Position numbers and translations under genes: made by a program. From positions 1 through 49,733 of IMG/VR virus record IMGVR_UViG_3300011335_000110: a stretch of DNA of 49,733 nt, one strand, 5' to 3'. Each line of letters starts with the position of its first letter. Within the stretch, counting starts at the first letter, position 1. Under the pieces are notes generated by a model. That model saw only the letters and a list, made by a program, of their open reading frames with translations, searched no databases and had not been told where the DNA came from. Positions 1-8,450 of the stretch are shown here, one piece after another. The stretch is from a virus (taxonomy: Duplodnaviria > Caudoviricetes).

Positions 1-2
1 TG

Positions 3-560
3 AAAGAAGCTCGCAGCAGACTCAAGGCAGCGCAGGAATCGTTTGACACAGATGCCATCATTGAAGCCCAAGAAGCTGTGATGGATGCAAAGATTCGTGC
101 AGAACAAGTAAAAAATTATCGTCCTACCCCTTTACAGGATGAAAATTTTGAGGTACAAACGCAACAAGCCCAACCTTCAAGGGCTGAACCGGACGAAAAA
201 ACTCTGCGCTGGCAGGCAAAAAACCAGTGGTTCGGACAGCAAGGGTTTGAGGAATACACCAGCTACGCACTAGGGCTGCACCAAAAGCTAGTCACAAACG
301 GAGTGGATCCCCGCTCTGCTGAATATTTCGACCAAATTGATGGTCGCATGAAGTCAACTTTTCCGGATTTATTCGGTCAAGCAAATGACAAGCCAAGGTC
401 TGGTGAGGTTCAAAAACGACCTACGACAGTGGTTGCCTCTGTATCTCGTTCTACGAGTGCAGGAAAAATTAAGCTAACTCAAACGCAAGTAGCGTTAGCG
501 AAAAAATTTGGTTTAACCCCACAGCAATACGCTGTTCAAGTAGCAAAGTTGGAGAATTAA
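3..560 (+). CDS. Capsid scaffolding protein (5'-partial)
   Basis: Frame is open from the window start. Helical, charged protein with the C-terminal IKLTQTQVALAKKFGLTPQQYA typical of scaffolds in this phage type; lies upstream of the capsid gene. Confidence 0.7.
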   Translation, partial: KEARSRLKAAQESFDTDAIIEAQEAVMDAKIRAEQVKNYRPTPLQDENFEVQTQQAQPSRAEPDEKTLRWQAKNQWFGQQGFEEYTSYALGLHQKLVTNGVDPRSAEYFDQIDGRMKSTFPDLFGQANDKPRSGEVQKRPTTVVASVSRSTSAGKIKLTQTQVALAKKFGLTPQQYAVQVAKLEN

Positions 561-561
561 G

Positions 562-1020
562 ATGGCTGAAACTAGTGACCGCTCAAATCGTGACAGTAAG
601 TCACGCGATAAATCTGCTCGTTCGGTATACGTACCACCGAGCAACTTGCCCGATCCGACACCTGATCCGGATTACACGTTTCGCTGGATAGCGACGCATG
701 TGCTAGGTCAGCCATTAGCCAACAACGTGTCTTTACAGATGCGCGATGGTTATGAGCCGGTGAAAGCAGTGGATCATCCAGAATTGGCCTTGTTTGGTAA
801 TAACGCAAACGGCAATGTGGAAATTGGTGGGCTATTGCTTTGCAAGGCTCCCAAGGAACGCGTTGAAGCCCGTGCTGAGTATTACAACAGGCAAGCTCAA
901 AACCAGATGGATTCAGTTGACAATCATTTCATGCGAAATAATGACCCTCGGATGCCCTTGTTTGCTGACCGCAAGTCAACAACAAGTCGCGGAACAGGAT
1001 TTGGTTCTGGTTCTAAATAA
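562..1020 (+). CDS. Conserved head-module protein
   Basis: 152-aa ORF tightly packed between scaffold and capsid genes. Confidence 0.6.
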   Translation: MAETSDRSNRDSKSRDKSARSVYVPPSNLPDPTPDPDYTFRWIATHVLGQPLANNVSLQMRDGYEPVKAVDHPELALFGNNANGNVEIGGLLLCKAPKERVEARAEYYNRQAQNQMDSVDNHFMRNNDPRMPLFADRKSTTSRGTGFGSGSK

Positions 1021-1035
1021 TTTATAGGAGTCTTT

Positions 1036-1641
1036 ATGGCTTATCCTACAGTCTCGGCCCCTTACGGTCTAAAGCCTGTAAACCTAATTGGTGGACAGGT
1101 ATTCGCGGGTTCAACCCGTTTGATGCAAATTGCAAGTGGTTATGCCACAAGCATTTTCTATGGTGACTTGGTAAAACGTGTTTCCGATGGAACTATTGAG
1201 AAGGACACCGGCACAACAACTGCCACGCCTACCGGTATTTTCTTAGGTGTTCAGTTTACCAACGGTTCAACTGGCCAAGTTCAGCAACAACAGTACTATC
1301 CAGCTAGTCAGGCTATTAAGTCTGGCACGCAGATTTTTGCTGTGGTCGCTGATGATCCTGACACATTGTTCCAAGTAGCTGTTGTGTCTGGCACGACTGT
1401 TATTACTGGTGTTGGCATTACCGCCATCGGAAATAACGCCACGTTGGTACAGAACGCGGGTTCAACAATCACTGGCAATTCAGCAGTGGCTATTTTGGAC
1501 AGCACTGCTACAACCAACACCTTGCCTATTCGTATCATTGATGTAGTTCGGGACACCGCCACTGCTGCCGACGTCTTCCCTGAAGTCATCGTCAAGATCA
1601 ATGCGACTATGCATCAGTACAACAACGCAACTGGCGTATAA
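1036..1641 (+). CDS. Putative capsid decoration/cement protein
   Basis: AGGAG RBS; beta-rich 201-aa protein (PYGLKPV, IFYGDLV) directly before the major capsid gene. Confidence 0.6.
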   Translation: MAYPTVSAPYGLKPVNLIGGQVFAGSTRLMQIASGYATSIFYGDLVKRVSDGTIEKDTGTTTATPTGIFLGVQFTNGSTGQVQQQQYYPASQAIKSGTQIFAVVADDPDTLFQVAVVSGTTVITGVGITAIGNNATLVQNAGSTITGNSAVAILDSTATTNTLPIRIIDVVRDTATAADVFPEVIVKINATMHQYNNATGV

Positions 1642-1653
1642 GGAGCATAAACC

Positions 1654-2568
1654 ATGGCTATTTCACGCGCACAACTACTTAAAGAACTGCTCCCCGGCCT
1701 GAACGCTTTGTTCGGCTTGCAGTATGCTACCTACGGCGAAGAGCACAAAGAAATCTACGAAACAGAGAAATCTGAGCGTAGCTTCGAAGAAGAGACAAAA
1801 CTGTCTGGCTTCTCTGCTGCTCCAGTCAAGAACGAGGGTTCAGCCATTGCTTATGACAATGCGCAAGAAGCGTTCACGGCTCGCTACAACCACGAAACCA
1901 TCGCCTTGGGTTTCTCAATCACTGAAGAAGCGGTTGAAGATAACTTGTACGACAGCTTGTCTGCTCGCTACACCAAGGGCTTGGCTCGTGCTATGGCATA
2001 CACCAAGCAAGTTAAAGCTGCCTCTGTTTTAAACAACGGCTTTACGGCTGGCGTATATGCTGGCGGCGACGGCGTTGCTCTGTTCTCTACAGCGCACCCA
2101 TTGGTGTCTGGTGGTGTTAACAGCAATCGTCCTTCAACCAACTCTGACTTGAATGAAACATCGTTGGAAAACGCCGTTATTCAAATCGCCGCTTGGACTG
2201 ATGAGCGTGGCCTGTTGATTGCTGCTAAACCTAAGAAATTGATTGTGCCTCCAGCACTTCAGTTCGTTGCTACTCGTTTGCTCGAAACTAACCTCCGTGT
2301 TGGTACCGCTGACAACGACATCAACGCGTTGAAGAACAACGGTTCGATCCCTGAAGGTTACACAATTAACCACTACTTGACCGACACAAATGCTTGGTTC
2401 TTGACTACAGACGTACCTAACGGCTTGAAGCACTTCGAGCGTATGGCGTTGTCCACATCTATGGATGGTGACTTCGACACAGGTAACGTTCGTTACAAAG
2501 CCCGTGAGCGTTACAGCTTTGGCTTCAGCGATCCATTGGGCGTCTTTGGCTCCCCCGGTTCGACCTAA
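1654..2568 (+). CDS. Major capsid protein (HK97 fold, Mu gpT-like annotation)
   Basis: AAGGAG RBS; recognisable MAISRAQLLKELLPGLNALFG N-terminus and DFDTGNVRYKARERYSFG C-terminus; followed by a terminator. Confidence 0.9.
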   Translation: MAISRAQLLKELLPGLNALFGLQYATYGEEHKEIYETEKSERSFEEETKLSGFSAAPVKNEGSAIAYDNAQEAFTARYNHETIALGFSITEEAVEDNLYDSLSARYTKGLARAMAYTKQVKAASVLNNGFTAGVYAGGDGVALFSTAHPLVSGGVNSNRPSTNSDLNETSLENAVIQIAAWTDERGLLIAAKPKKLIVPPALQFVATRLLETNLRVGTADNDINALKNNGSIPEGYTINHYLTDTNAWFLTTDVPNGLKHFERMALSTSMDGDFDTGNVRYKARERYSFGFSDPLGVFGSPGST

Positions 2569-2586
2569 TATTTCTTCGGAAATATT
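2567..2586 (+). other. 8-bp hairpin with C(UUCG)G tetraloop overlapping the capsid stop codon
   Basis: AATATTTC-TTCG-GAAATATT perfect inverted repeat. Confidence 0.75.
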
Positions 2587-2588
2587 TG

Positions 2589-2617
2589 AAGGGGGGCCTT
2601 GTGCCCCCTTTTCTTTT
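2589..2617 (+). terminator. Rho-independent terminator after the capsid gene
   Basis: GGGGGC-cttgt-GCCCCC followed by TTTTCTTTT. Confidence 0.85.
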
Positions 2618-2627
2618 GGTGTATATT
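2599..2627 (+). promoter_or_regulatory. Putative sigma70 promoter overlapping the terminator
   Basis: TTGTGC (2599-2604), 17-nt spacer, TATATT (2622-2627); would start transcription just before the structured RNA. Confidence 0.45.
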
Positions 2628-2636
2628 GACTTTATT

Positions 2637-2704
2637 CCGGGCTTATCCGGTGTTCTGACAGTCCCGGCTGACGACATGCAGACAGAACACCCCAACTTGC
2701 ATGT
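2637..2704 (+). ncRNA. Structured pseudoknotted RNA, candidate Mu-gpT-DE motif
   Basis: GGTGTTCTG (2649-2657) pairs with CAGAACACC (2683-2691); CCGGG (2637-2641) with CCCGG (2663-2667); ACATGCA (2674-2680) with TGCATGT (2698-2704). Position downstream of a gpT-like capsid gene fits the Mu-gpT-DE motif; not checked against Rfam. Confidence 0.65.
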
Positions 2705-2715
2705 AAGGAAAAATC

Positions 2716-3258
2716 ATGGCACGCACTACGTTTCAAGGCCCAGTTCGTTCATTGGGTGGCATTTATCAACAAGGCCCAGCGTCTATCGTTGACATCACAA
2801 CAAGCACCACATTAACTCCCGAAGCTCATGGCGGTCGCATCATCGCTGTTGGTGGTTCTTTGGCAGCGGCATTGACATTGACATTACCCGCAATCAATGT
2901 TTCAACTAATCCCGTTACATCTGGCCCCGGTCAAGACCCAAGTACAGCCAATAACGAAGGCGTTGTTTACACAATCTGGGTTCCTACTACCATCTCTACA
3001 AGCTCTTTGAAGATTGGTACAGACGGCACTGATAAATACGTTGGCACAATTGTGATGAATGACGCCGATACCGACGGCGCAGCATTGGTTGGTTTTAACG
3101 CCGCCGCTGCTAATGATTTCATTAACTTAAATGGCACTACCACTGGCGGTGTTGCAGGTTCATGGGTTCAAATCGTTGCCATTGCCGCTAACAAGTACAT
3201 GGTCACTGGCATGGTGTTGGGCACTGGCTCTGTTGCCACACCATTCGCTAACTCCTAA
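2716..3258 (+). CDS. Putative virion structural (head fibre/decoration) protein
   Basis: AAGGA RBS; MARTTFQGPVRS N-terminus; Thr/Gly/Ala-rich and beta-like. Confidence 0.6.
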   Translation: MARTTFQGPVRSLGGIYQQGPASIVDITTSTTLTPEAHGGRIIAVGGSLAAALTLTLPAINVSTNPVTSGPGQDPSTANNEGVVYTIWVPTTISTSSLKIGTDGTDKYVGTIVMNDADTDGAALVGFNAAAANDFINLNGTTTGGVAGSWVQIVAIAANKYMVTGMVLGTGSVATPFANS

Positions 3259-3267
3259 TCAACCCAA

Positions 3268-3287
3268 GGGGCTTCGGCCCCGTTTTT
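3268..3287 (+). terminator. Rho-independent terminator
   Basis: GGGGC-TTCG-GCCCC followed by GTTTTT. Confidence 0.8.
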
Positions 3288-3301
3288 AAAGGAGATTGAT
3301 T

Positions 3302-3805
3302 ATGATGCAAACAGACGTTAAATCGGGGCACCTTAACAACTCTGGTTTTGTTGTTTTAGGGCGCAACAGGCTCAAAGCTGTGTCTATGGTTGGTACGGCT
3401 ACGGCTGGAACACTGGACATCTTTGACACGACTACAGCCCCTGTAGCCGCTACGTACGCAAGGACTGCTGCGGTTATTACCGTTACGAAGGTAGCCCATG
3501 GTTTGGTTACCGGAGACGTGATTGGAATTACTTTTGCAACAGCAAGCGGAACATCCGGCACAAACGGCAACTATTCAGTCACACGCACGGGCGCAGACAC
3601 TTTTACAATTACAGACATCAATTCTGGAACTATTGCGGGCGGAACAGTGGCGGCATACGCATCTTTGTGGCTTGCTAGTTACGATGTTGGTGCAGGTGAT
3701 GGGTTTGGTAATTTTGTACTGATTCCCGGCGAAGGGATACTTGTTAAAAACGGTATCTACTTGAGCATGTCCAATCTAATTTCTGCCAATATTTATTATG
3801 GCTAA
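3302..3805 (+). CDS. Structural protein with an inserted HGL..GD beta module
   Basis: AAGGAG RBS before the ATG at 3302; internal ITVTKVAHGLVTGDVI; ends in IYYG. Confidence 0.6.
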   Translation: MMQTDVKSGHLNNSGFVVLGRNRLKAVSMVGTATAGTLDIFDTTTAPVAATYARTAAVITVTKVAHGLVTGDVIGITFATASGTSGTNGNYSVTRTGADTFTITDINSGTIAGGTVAAYASLWLASYDVGAGDGFGNFVLIPGEGILVKNGIYLSMSNLISANIYYG

Positions 3806-4121
3806 GTCTCCAGCATGGACTCGCAAAGAGGGCAAATCCGAGAAGGGTGGTTTGAACGCCAAGGGGCGAGCCTCGTACAACGCGGCCAACCCCGGGAAAC
3901 CCGGATTGAAAGCACCTCAACCCGAGGGCGGCTCACGGCGCGACTCTTTCTGTGCAAGGATGAGTGGCATGAAGAAGAAGCTGACAAGCGAGAAGACGGC
4001 CAACGATCCGGATTCACGGATCAATAAGTCTTTGAGGGCTTGGAACTGTAAGGATGGTGGCTATGTAACTGCGGCTGATGGCTGCGCTACAAAAGGCAAG
4101 ACAAAAGGGCGGATGGTATGA
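3798..4121 (+). CDS. Small basic protein (DUF6321-like) with xxGG site and KGKTKG tail
   Basis: GGLNAKGRASYN...RRDSFCARM...RAWNC domain, then KDGG and ADGCATKGKTKGRMV. Confidence 0.7.
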   Translation: MAKSPAWTRKEGKSEKGGLNAKGRASYNAANPGKPGLKAPQPEGGSRRDSFCARMSGMKKKLTSEKTANDPDSRINKSLRAWNCKDGGYVTAADGCATKGKTKGRMV

Positions 4122-4312
4122 CTCAGCACGACACAGCTAAAGTAGTTGCAGATGGCGCAGCAGTCTTAACAACTGTTGGCGTTATGGCTACGTGGCTTCC
4201 GCCTTTGGCTTCTCTGTTCACGATCATTTATCTTGGGCTTCGTATCTGGGAATCTGACACGGTTCGTGAACTGACAAAACGCAAGAAGGCAGACAATGCC
4301 GTCGACGAGTAA
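4118..4312 (+). CDS. Small membrane protein (holin-like)
   Basis: 64 aa, hydrophobic core, basic C-terminus; ATGA overlap with the upstream gene. Confidence 0.5.
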   Translation: MTQHDTAKVVADGAAVLTTVGVMATWLPPLASLFTIIYLGLRIWESDTVRELTKRKKADNAVDE

Positions 4313-4640
4313 GAAGCAACACAATTTCATGGCAGCGATTGCAAATTCGCCATCGTTTGCTAAGAAAGTAGGAGTCCCACAGTCTGTGGGCAAGGATTTT
4401 ACAACTGCGGACAAGGGTCGCAAATTTTCAAAAGGTGGTGATACTATGGCTTCCAAAATGAATGCTGGCTTCATGGCAATGATTGCTAAGAAAAAAGGCG
4501 CTCCTGCTAAAAAAATGGCTGGTGGCGGTATGGCGATGGGCAAGGTCAAGACCGCCGCCCCTAGCAAAGACGGTATTGCTGAAAAAGGCAAAACCAAGGG
4601 TAAGATGGTTAAAATGAACATGGGCGGCAAAGCCTGCTAA
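4296..4640 (+). CDS. Small Lys/Met-rich protein with three xxGG motifs
   Basis: FSKGG, MAGGG, MNMGG and DGIAEKGKTKGKMV. Confidence 0.7.
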   Translation: MPSTSKKQHNFMAAIANSPSFAKKVGVPQSVGKDFTTADKGRKFSKGGDTMASKMNAGFMAMIAKKKGAPAKKMAGGGMAMGKVKTAAPSKDGIAEKGKTKGKMVKMNMGGKAC

Positions 4641-4649
4641 GGAGTCGAC

Positions 4650-5111
4650 ATGAAACGACGTTACGACGATGGCGGTGAAATAGACGCAATGGAAGAGGCA
4701 AATAAACGCGAAGACATGGCGTTGAAAAACCCGAACGCCAAAGAATATGGCGAGTCTGGCACCTCTTACACAACAAAAGCCGAGCCTAAAACGAAGCCTA
4801 AAACAAAGCCTAAAGCCGTAAGAAGAGGCTTTGACGAGCCTGAGACTAAACTTATTGACGCCTCTAATATTAGAAGTGGTCGCCGTGATTTTGAAGAATC
4901 ACAGATGCCATCTTCCGACAAAACCAAAATGTCCGTGTCAGAGCGCGCAAAGGCAAATCGTGAGAGCGCCAGAAGCGGCAGCAGCACCACCGACAAGCGT
5001 TCTGTTAACGAGCGCATTCGTTCTGCTATGGGTATGAAAAACGGCGGTTCTGCTTCTTCACGCGCTGACGGTATTGCCACCAAAGGCAAGACCCGTGGAA
5101 AGATGTGCTAA
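4650..5111 (+). CDS. Small charged disordered protein with two xxGG motifs
   Basis: AAGGAG RBS; YDDGG, MKNGG, a PKTK repeat and C-terminal DGIATKGKTRGKMC. Confidence 0.7.
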   Translation: MKRRYDDGGEIDAMEEANKREDMALKNPNAKEYGESGTSYTTKAEPKTKPKTKPKAVRRGFDEPETKLIDASNIRSGRRDFEESQMPSSDKTKMSVSERAKANRESARSGSSTTDKRSVNERIRSAMGMKNGGSASSRADGIATKGKTRGKMC

Positions 5112-5114
5112 ACC

Positions 5115-5390
5115 ATGATGGCCAGTCGCGGTATGGGAGACATCTCCCCTTCTAAAATGCCCAAGGGTAAGAAGAAAGCCCGACGGGACGACACCGACTT
5201 CACGCAATACGCTGAAGGCGGTAAAGTGAATGCGGCTGGCAATTACACAAAACCTAGTCTTCGCAAGAAGATTGTGTCTCAGGTAAAAGCCGCAGCAACG
5301 CAGGGTACTGGTGCAGGTCAGTGGTCAGCGCGTAAAGCTCAGCTTGTTGCCAAGAAGTACAAGGCGGCAGGCGGGGGTTACCGAGATTGA
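5115..5390 (+). CDS. Small basic protein, DUF5872-like N-terminal half
   Basis: YAEGG followed by NYTKPSLR...GQWSARKAQL...YKAAGGGY. Confidence 0.65.
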   Translation: MMASRGMGDISPSKMPKGKKKARRDDTDFTQYAEGGKVNAAGNYTKPSLRKKIVSQVKAAATQGTGAGQWSARKAQLVAKKYKAAGGGYRD

Positions 5391-5620
5391 AAGCGCCTCA
5401 GAAATCATTGAAGGATTGGGGCGACCAAAAATGGAGAACCAAAAGTGGTAAAAAATCTTCTGACACGGGTGAGCGATACCTTCCTAGTGCTGCGATTAAG
5501 AGCCTCAGTCCTGCTGAGTACGCTGCGACAACGCGTGCGAAACGTGCTGGCAAAAAAGCCGGAAAACAATTCGTAGCGCAACCCAAAACGATTGCAAAGA
5601 AAACGGCAGGCTTTAGATGA
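5387..5620 (+). CDS. Small basic protein, DUF5872-like C-terminal half
   Basis: TTG start overlapping the upstream TGA; QKSLKDW..QKWRTK..GERYLP. Confidence 0.6.
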   Translation: MKAPQKSLKDWGDQKWRTKSGKKSSDTGERYLPSAAIKSLSPAEYAATTRAKRAGKKAGKQFVAQPKTIAKKTAGFR

Positions 5621-6546
5621 CAACTTCAGGAACCGCAGCGTTTAACCTTGACCTTACAGAGTTGGTTGAGGAAGCGTTTGAACGCGCCGGTTCGGAGTTG
5701 CGTACGGGCTACGACTTACGTACAGCCCGTCGTTCATTGAATTTGCTGTTTGCTGATTGGGCAAACCGTGGTGTCAACATGTGGACGTTTGAGCAGGGTA
5801 CTATTAACCTGACTCCGGGCCTGAACACCTACGCACTGCCCGTAGACACAGTGGATTTACTTGAGCATGTGATTCGCACGGGCGCGGGTAGCGCATCCAC
5901 GCAGGCTGACCTGACCATTACGCGTATCAGTGTTTCTACTTACGCCACGATCCCCAACAAACTGCAACAAGCCCGCCCTATTCAGGTGTGGTATCAGCGT
6001 TTGGATGGCCAGACTTCTTCTATTGGCACCACTCTTAACGGCGGGATTACCGCCACAGATACAACCATTACATTAACTTCTGCGGCTAACCTTCCAGCTA
6101 CGGGGTTCTTGTTGATTGAGTCCGAGACTATCCAGTACGGGTACATCTCTGGCAACGTGCTTTACAACTGTTTCCGTGGGCAGAACGGCACAAATGCAGT
6201 GCAACATTTAACAGGCGTAGCTGTGTACACGCAGAATCTGCCCTCTGTAACCCTCTGGCCAACCCCAGACAACAGTGCCACGTATCAGTTTGTTTACTGG
6301 CGTATGCGCCGTATTGACGATGCTGGTGGCGGTATACGCACGATGGATGTCCCTTTCCGCTTCTTGCCTTGTATGGTGGCAGGTTTGGCTTATTACTTGG
6401 CTCTCAAGATTGAAGGGGGCGCTGAGCGCTTACCTGTCTTGAAACAACAATACGATGAAGCTTGGCAGTTGGCGGCTGATGAAGATCGTGAGAAGGCTTC
6501 GGTTCGTTTTGTTCCGAGACAGATGTTTATTGGTAGCGGTACGTAA
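5617..6546 (+). CDS. Putative head-tail adaptor/tail tubular protein with internal insertion
   Basis: EEAFERAG...ARRSLNLLFADWANRG N-terminus and LAYYLA...YDEAWQLA C-terminus; position in the tail module. Confidence 0.6.
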   Translation: MTTSGTAAFNLDLTELVEEAFERAGSELRTGYDLRTARRSLNLLFADWANRGVNMWTFEQGTINLTPGLNTYALPVDTVDLLEHVIRTGAGSASTQADLTITRISVSTYATIPNKLQQARPIQVWYQRLDGQTSSIGTTLNGGITATDTTITLTSAANLPATGFLLIESETIQYGYISGNVLYNCFRGQNGTNAVQHLTGVAVYTQNLPSVTLWPTPDNSATYQFVYWRMRRIDDAGGGIRTMDVPFRFLPCMVAGLAYYLALKIEGGAERLPVLKQQYDEAWQLAADEDREKASVRFVPRQMFIGSGT

Positions 6547-6936
6547 ATGGGTAATCGGTTTGCATCTGGTAAGAACAGTATCGCCATGTGCGATAGGTGT
6601 GGCCAACAGTTTAAATTGACAGCTTTGAAAAAAGAAGTTATCAAGACAAAGCTTTACAATTTGATGGTGTGCCCAGTGTGTTGGGATCCCGATCAGCCGC
6701 AGTTGCAGTTGGGTATGTACCCAGTGGATGATCCGCAGGCAGTGCGTAACCCGCGCAAGGACACAACGTACGTCACGGCAGGAACAAACGCTAGTGGTAG
6801 TTTGACAGGCGGGTCACGAGATTTGCAGTGGGGCTGGAACCCGGTTGGTGGGGCCAGTAATTTTGATGTGGCGTTGACCCCAAACTACTTGGTGGCGACG
6901 ACATTTGTTGGTACAGTTACAGTAACCGTTACATAG
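6547..6936 (+). CDS. Conserved CxxC..CxxC protein
   Basis: CDRCG and CPVC motifs; DPQAVRNPR. Confidence 0.6.
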   Translation: MGNRFASGKNSIAMCDRCGQQFKLTALKKEVIKTKLYNLMVCPVCWDPDQPQLQLGMYPVDDPQAVRNPRKDTTYVTAGTNASGSLTGGSRDLQWGWNPVGGASNFDVALTPNYLVATTFVGTVTVTVT

Positions 6937-6945
6937 GAGTCTAAT

Positions 6946-7122
6946 ATGGACAAGAAAGATTTAGCCCAAGACAAGAAGATGATTAAATCTGCTGTCGGCA
7001 AGCACGAGAAAAACATGCACCCCGGCAAGAAGCCTACAAAGCTTGCCAAGGGCGGTAAGACCAATGAGATGATGATGCAGTATGGTCGCGGTATGGCTAA
7101 AGTTAAAAATCAGGGGAAATAA
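6946..7122 (+). CDS. 58-aa basic protein (not in ORF track) with LAKGG
   Basis: AGGAG RBS; manual translation MDKKDLAQDKKMIKSAVGKHEKNMHPGKKPTKLAKGGKTNEMMMQYGRGMAKVKNQGK; fills the gap between neighbours. Confidence 0.75.
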   Translation: MDKKDLAQDKKMIKSAVGKHEKNMHPGKKPTKLAKGGKTNEMMMQYGRGMAKVKNQGK

Positions 7123-7123
7123 C

Positions 7124-7351
7124 ATGGCCAAGATTAACAATCTACCCGCTTCTGCGTACGCAGGCCGTGCTAAAGAAGCTTTGGCTGACTTAGCTGGTCG
7201 CGCAAATATGGGCAAAGCCGACACCGTTAATATGAGCGTTGGTAACATCAGCAAAGCTGCTGGCGATATTGGCGTTAAAACAACCGGCATCGTCACCCGT
7301 GGTAATGGCGCGGCGACTAAGGGCATTACAGCCCGTGGGCCAATGGCTTAA
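7124..7351 (+). CDS. 75-aa small protein ending RGNGAATKGITARGPMA
   Basis: ATG at 7124, 1 nt after the upstream stop, is a more likely start than 7082. Confidence 0.7.
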   Translation: MAKINNLPASAYAGRAKEALADLAGRANMGKADTVNMSVGNISKAAGDIGVKTTGIVTRGNGAATKGITARGPMA

Positions 7352-7359
7352 GGTTTTAT

Positions 7360-8022
7360 ATGGCAACACTAGGTTCGTTGACTTACGCTCAATTGGTGAC
7401 TGCGGTAAGCGATTACACGCAGAACACCTTCGACACTACTGACATGAACACCATGATTCAGCAGGCGGAGCAACGCATCTACAACTCGGTGTCGTTAGCC
7501 AATTTACGTAAGACATCGTCTACGGCTTTAACGCCAAGTGTGCAGACGTTTAATGCACCTACAGACCTGCTGTCTGTGTACTCGTTTGCTGTAATTGATG
7601 CAAGCGGGAACTACATATACTTGCTAAACAAAGACCCTTCGTTTATGCAAGAGGCGTTTCCAAACCCTGCTGCAACAGGAACGCCGCAATACTACGCACT
7701 TAATGGCCCTTCAACACCTGTGACGCGGTTGCAGTTTATTCTGGGGCCTACTCCTAGTGCCGCGCTGGTAACAGACTTAAGTTACTTTGCCATGCCAGAG
7801 TCTATTGTCACGGCAACAAACACATGGTTGGGCGATCATTTTAGCTCTGCGCTGCTGTATGGGACATTGGTTGAAGCTAACGCCTACATGAAGGGTGAGG
7901 CCGATATGACCGCTATGTACAACCAAAAGTACATGGAAGCGCTGGCACTCTTGAAGAACTTGGGTGACGGTAAACAGCAGACCGATACGTATCGTAGAGA
8001 AGCACGGGTCACGCCGCAATGA
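7360..8022 (+). CDS. Putative tail adaptor/tubular protein
   Basis: LTYAQLVTAVSDY..IQQAEQRIY N-terminus, GTPQYY, ALLYGTLVEA; position in the tail module. Confidence 0.6.
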   Translation: MATLGSLTYAQLVTAVSDYTQNTFDTTDMNTMIQQAEQRIYNSVSLANLRKTSSTALTPSVQTFNAPTDLLSVYSFAVIDASGNYIYLLNKDPSFMQEAFPNPAATGTPQYYALNGPSTPVTRLQFILGPTPSAALVTDLSYFAMPESIVTATNTWLGDHFSSALLYGTLVEANAYMKGEADMTAMYNQKYMEALALLKNLGDGKQQTDTYRREARVTPQ

Positions 8023-8441
8023 GCATTATCCAGACCCAGACCACAAGCTTTAAAGCAGAGCTTTATCAAGGCATACACGACTTGACGACCGACGTTATCA
8101 AGATTGCCTTGTACACAGCAGTTGCCGATTTAAACGAGACAACAACAGCATACTCCGTGGGCACACCCGGACAAGTTGTCGCTGCTGGGTACACAGCGGG
8201 CGGTTCTATTTTGACACCCATCACGGTATCGTCTTCTGGATACACAGCCTATGTTGGCTTTCCTAATGTATCTTGGACTGCCGCATTAACAGCAAGGTGT
8301 GCGTTGATCTATAACTCCAGCAAAGGCAACAAGTCCATTGCTGTGCTAGATTTTGGGTCTGACAAGACATCAACAACCACTTTCACCATCACAATGCCTG
8401 CTAACACTGCTACGGCGGCGTTAATACGCAGTTCAAACTAA
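8019..8441 (+). CDS. Conserved tail-associated protein
   Basis: TSFKAEL..KIALYT..AVLDFGSDKTS; precedes the fibre genes. Confidence 0.6.
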   Translation: MSIIQTQTTSFKAELYQGIHDLTTDVIKIALYTAVADLNETTTAYSVGTPGQVVAAGYTAGGSILTPITVSSSGYTAYVGFPNVSWTAALTARCALIYNSSKGNKSIAVLDFGSDKTSTTTFTITMPANTATAALIRSSN

Positions 8442-8450
8442 GGTAGACAA

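Noticed and set aside
2668-2712. CTGACGA followed by a CATGCA/TGCATG stem, resembling a hammerhead ribozyme core
   Set aside because: The stem is followed by TAAG, not the required GAAA, and no stem III or cleavage triplet can be built.
2586-2792. 68-aa ORF across the capsid terminator
   Set aside because: It overlaps the terminator, the structured RNA and gene 2716, and has a TTG start with no RBS.
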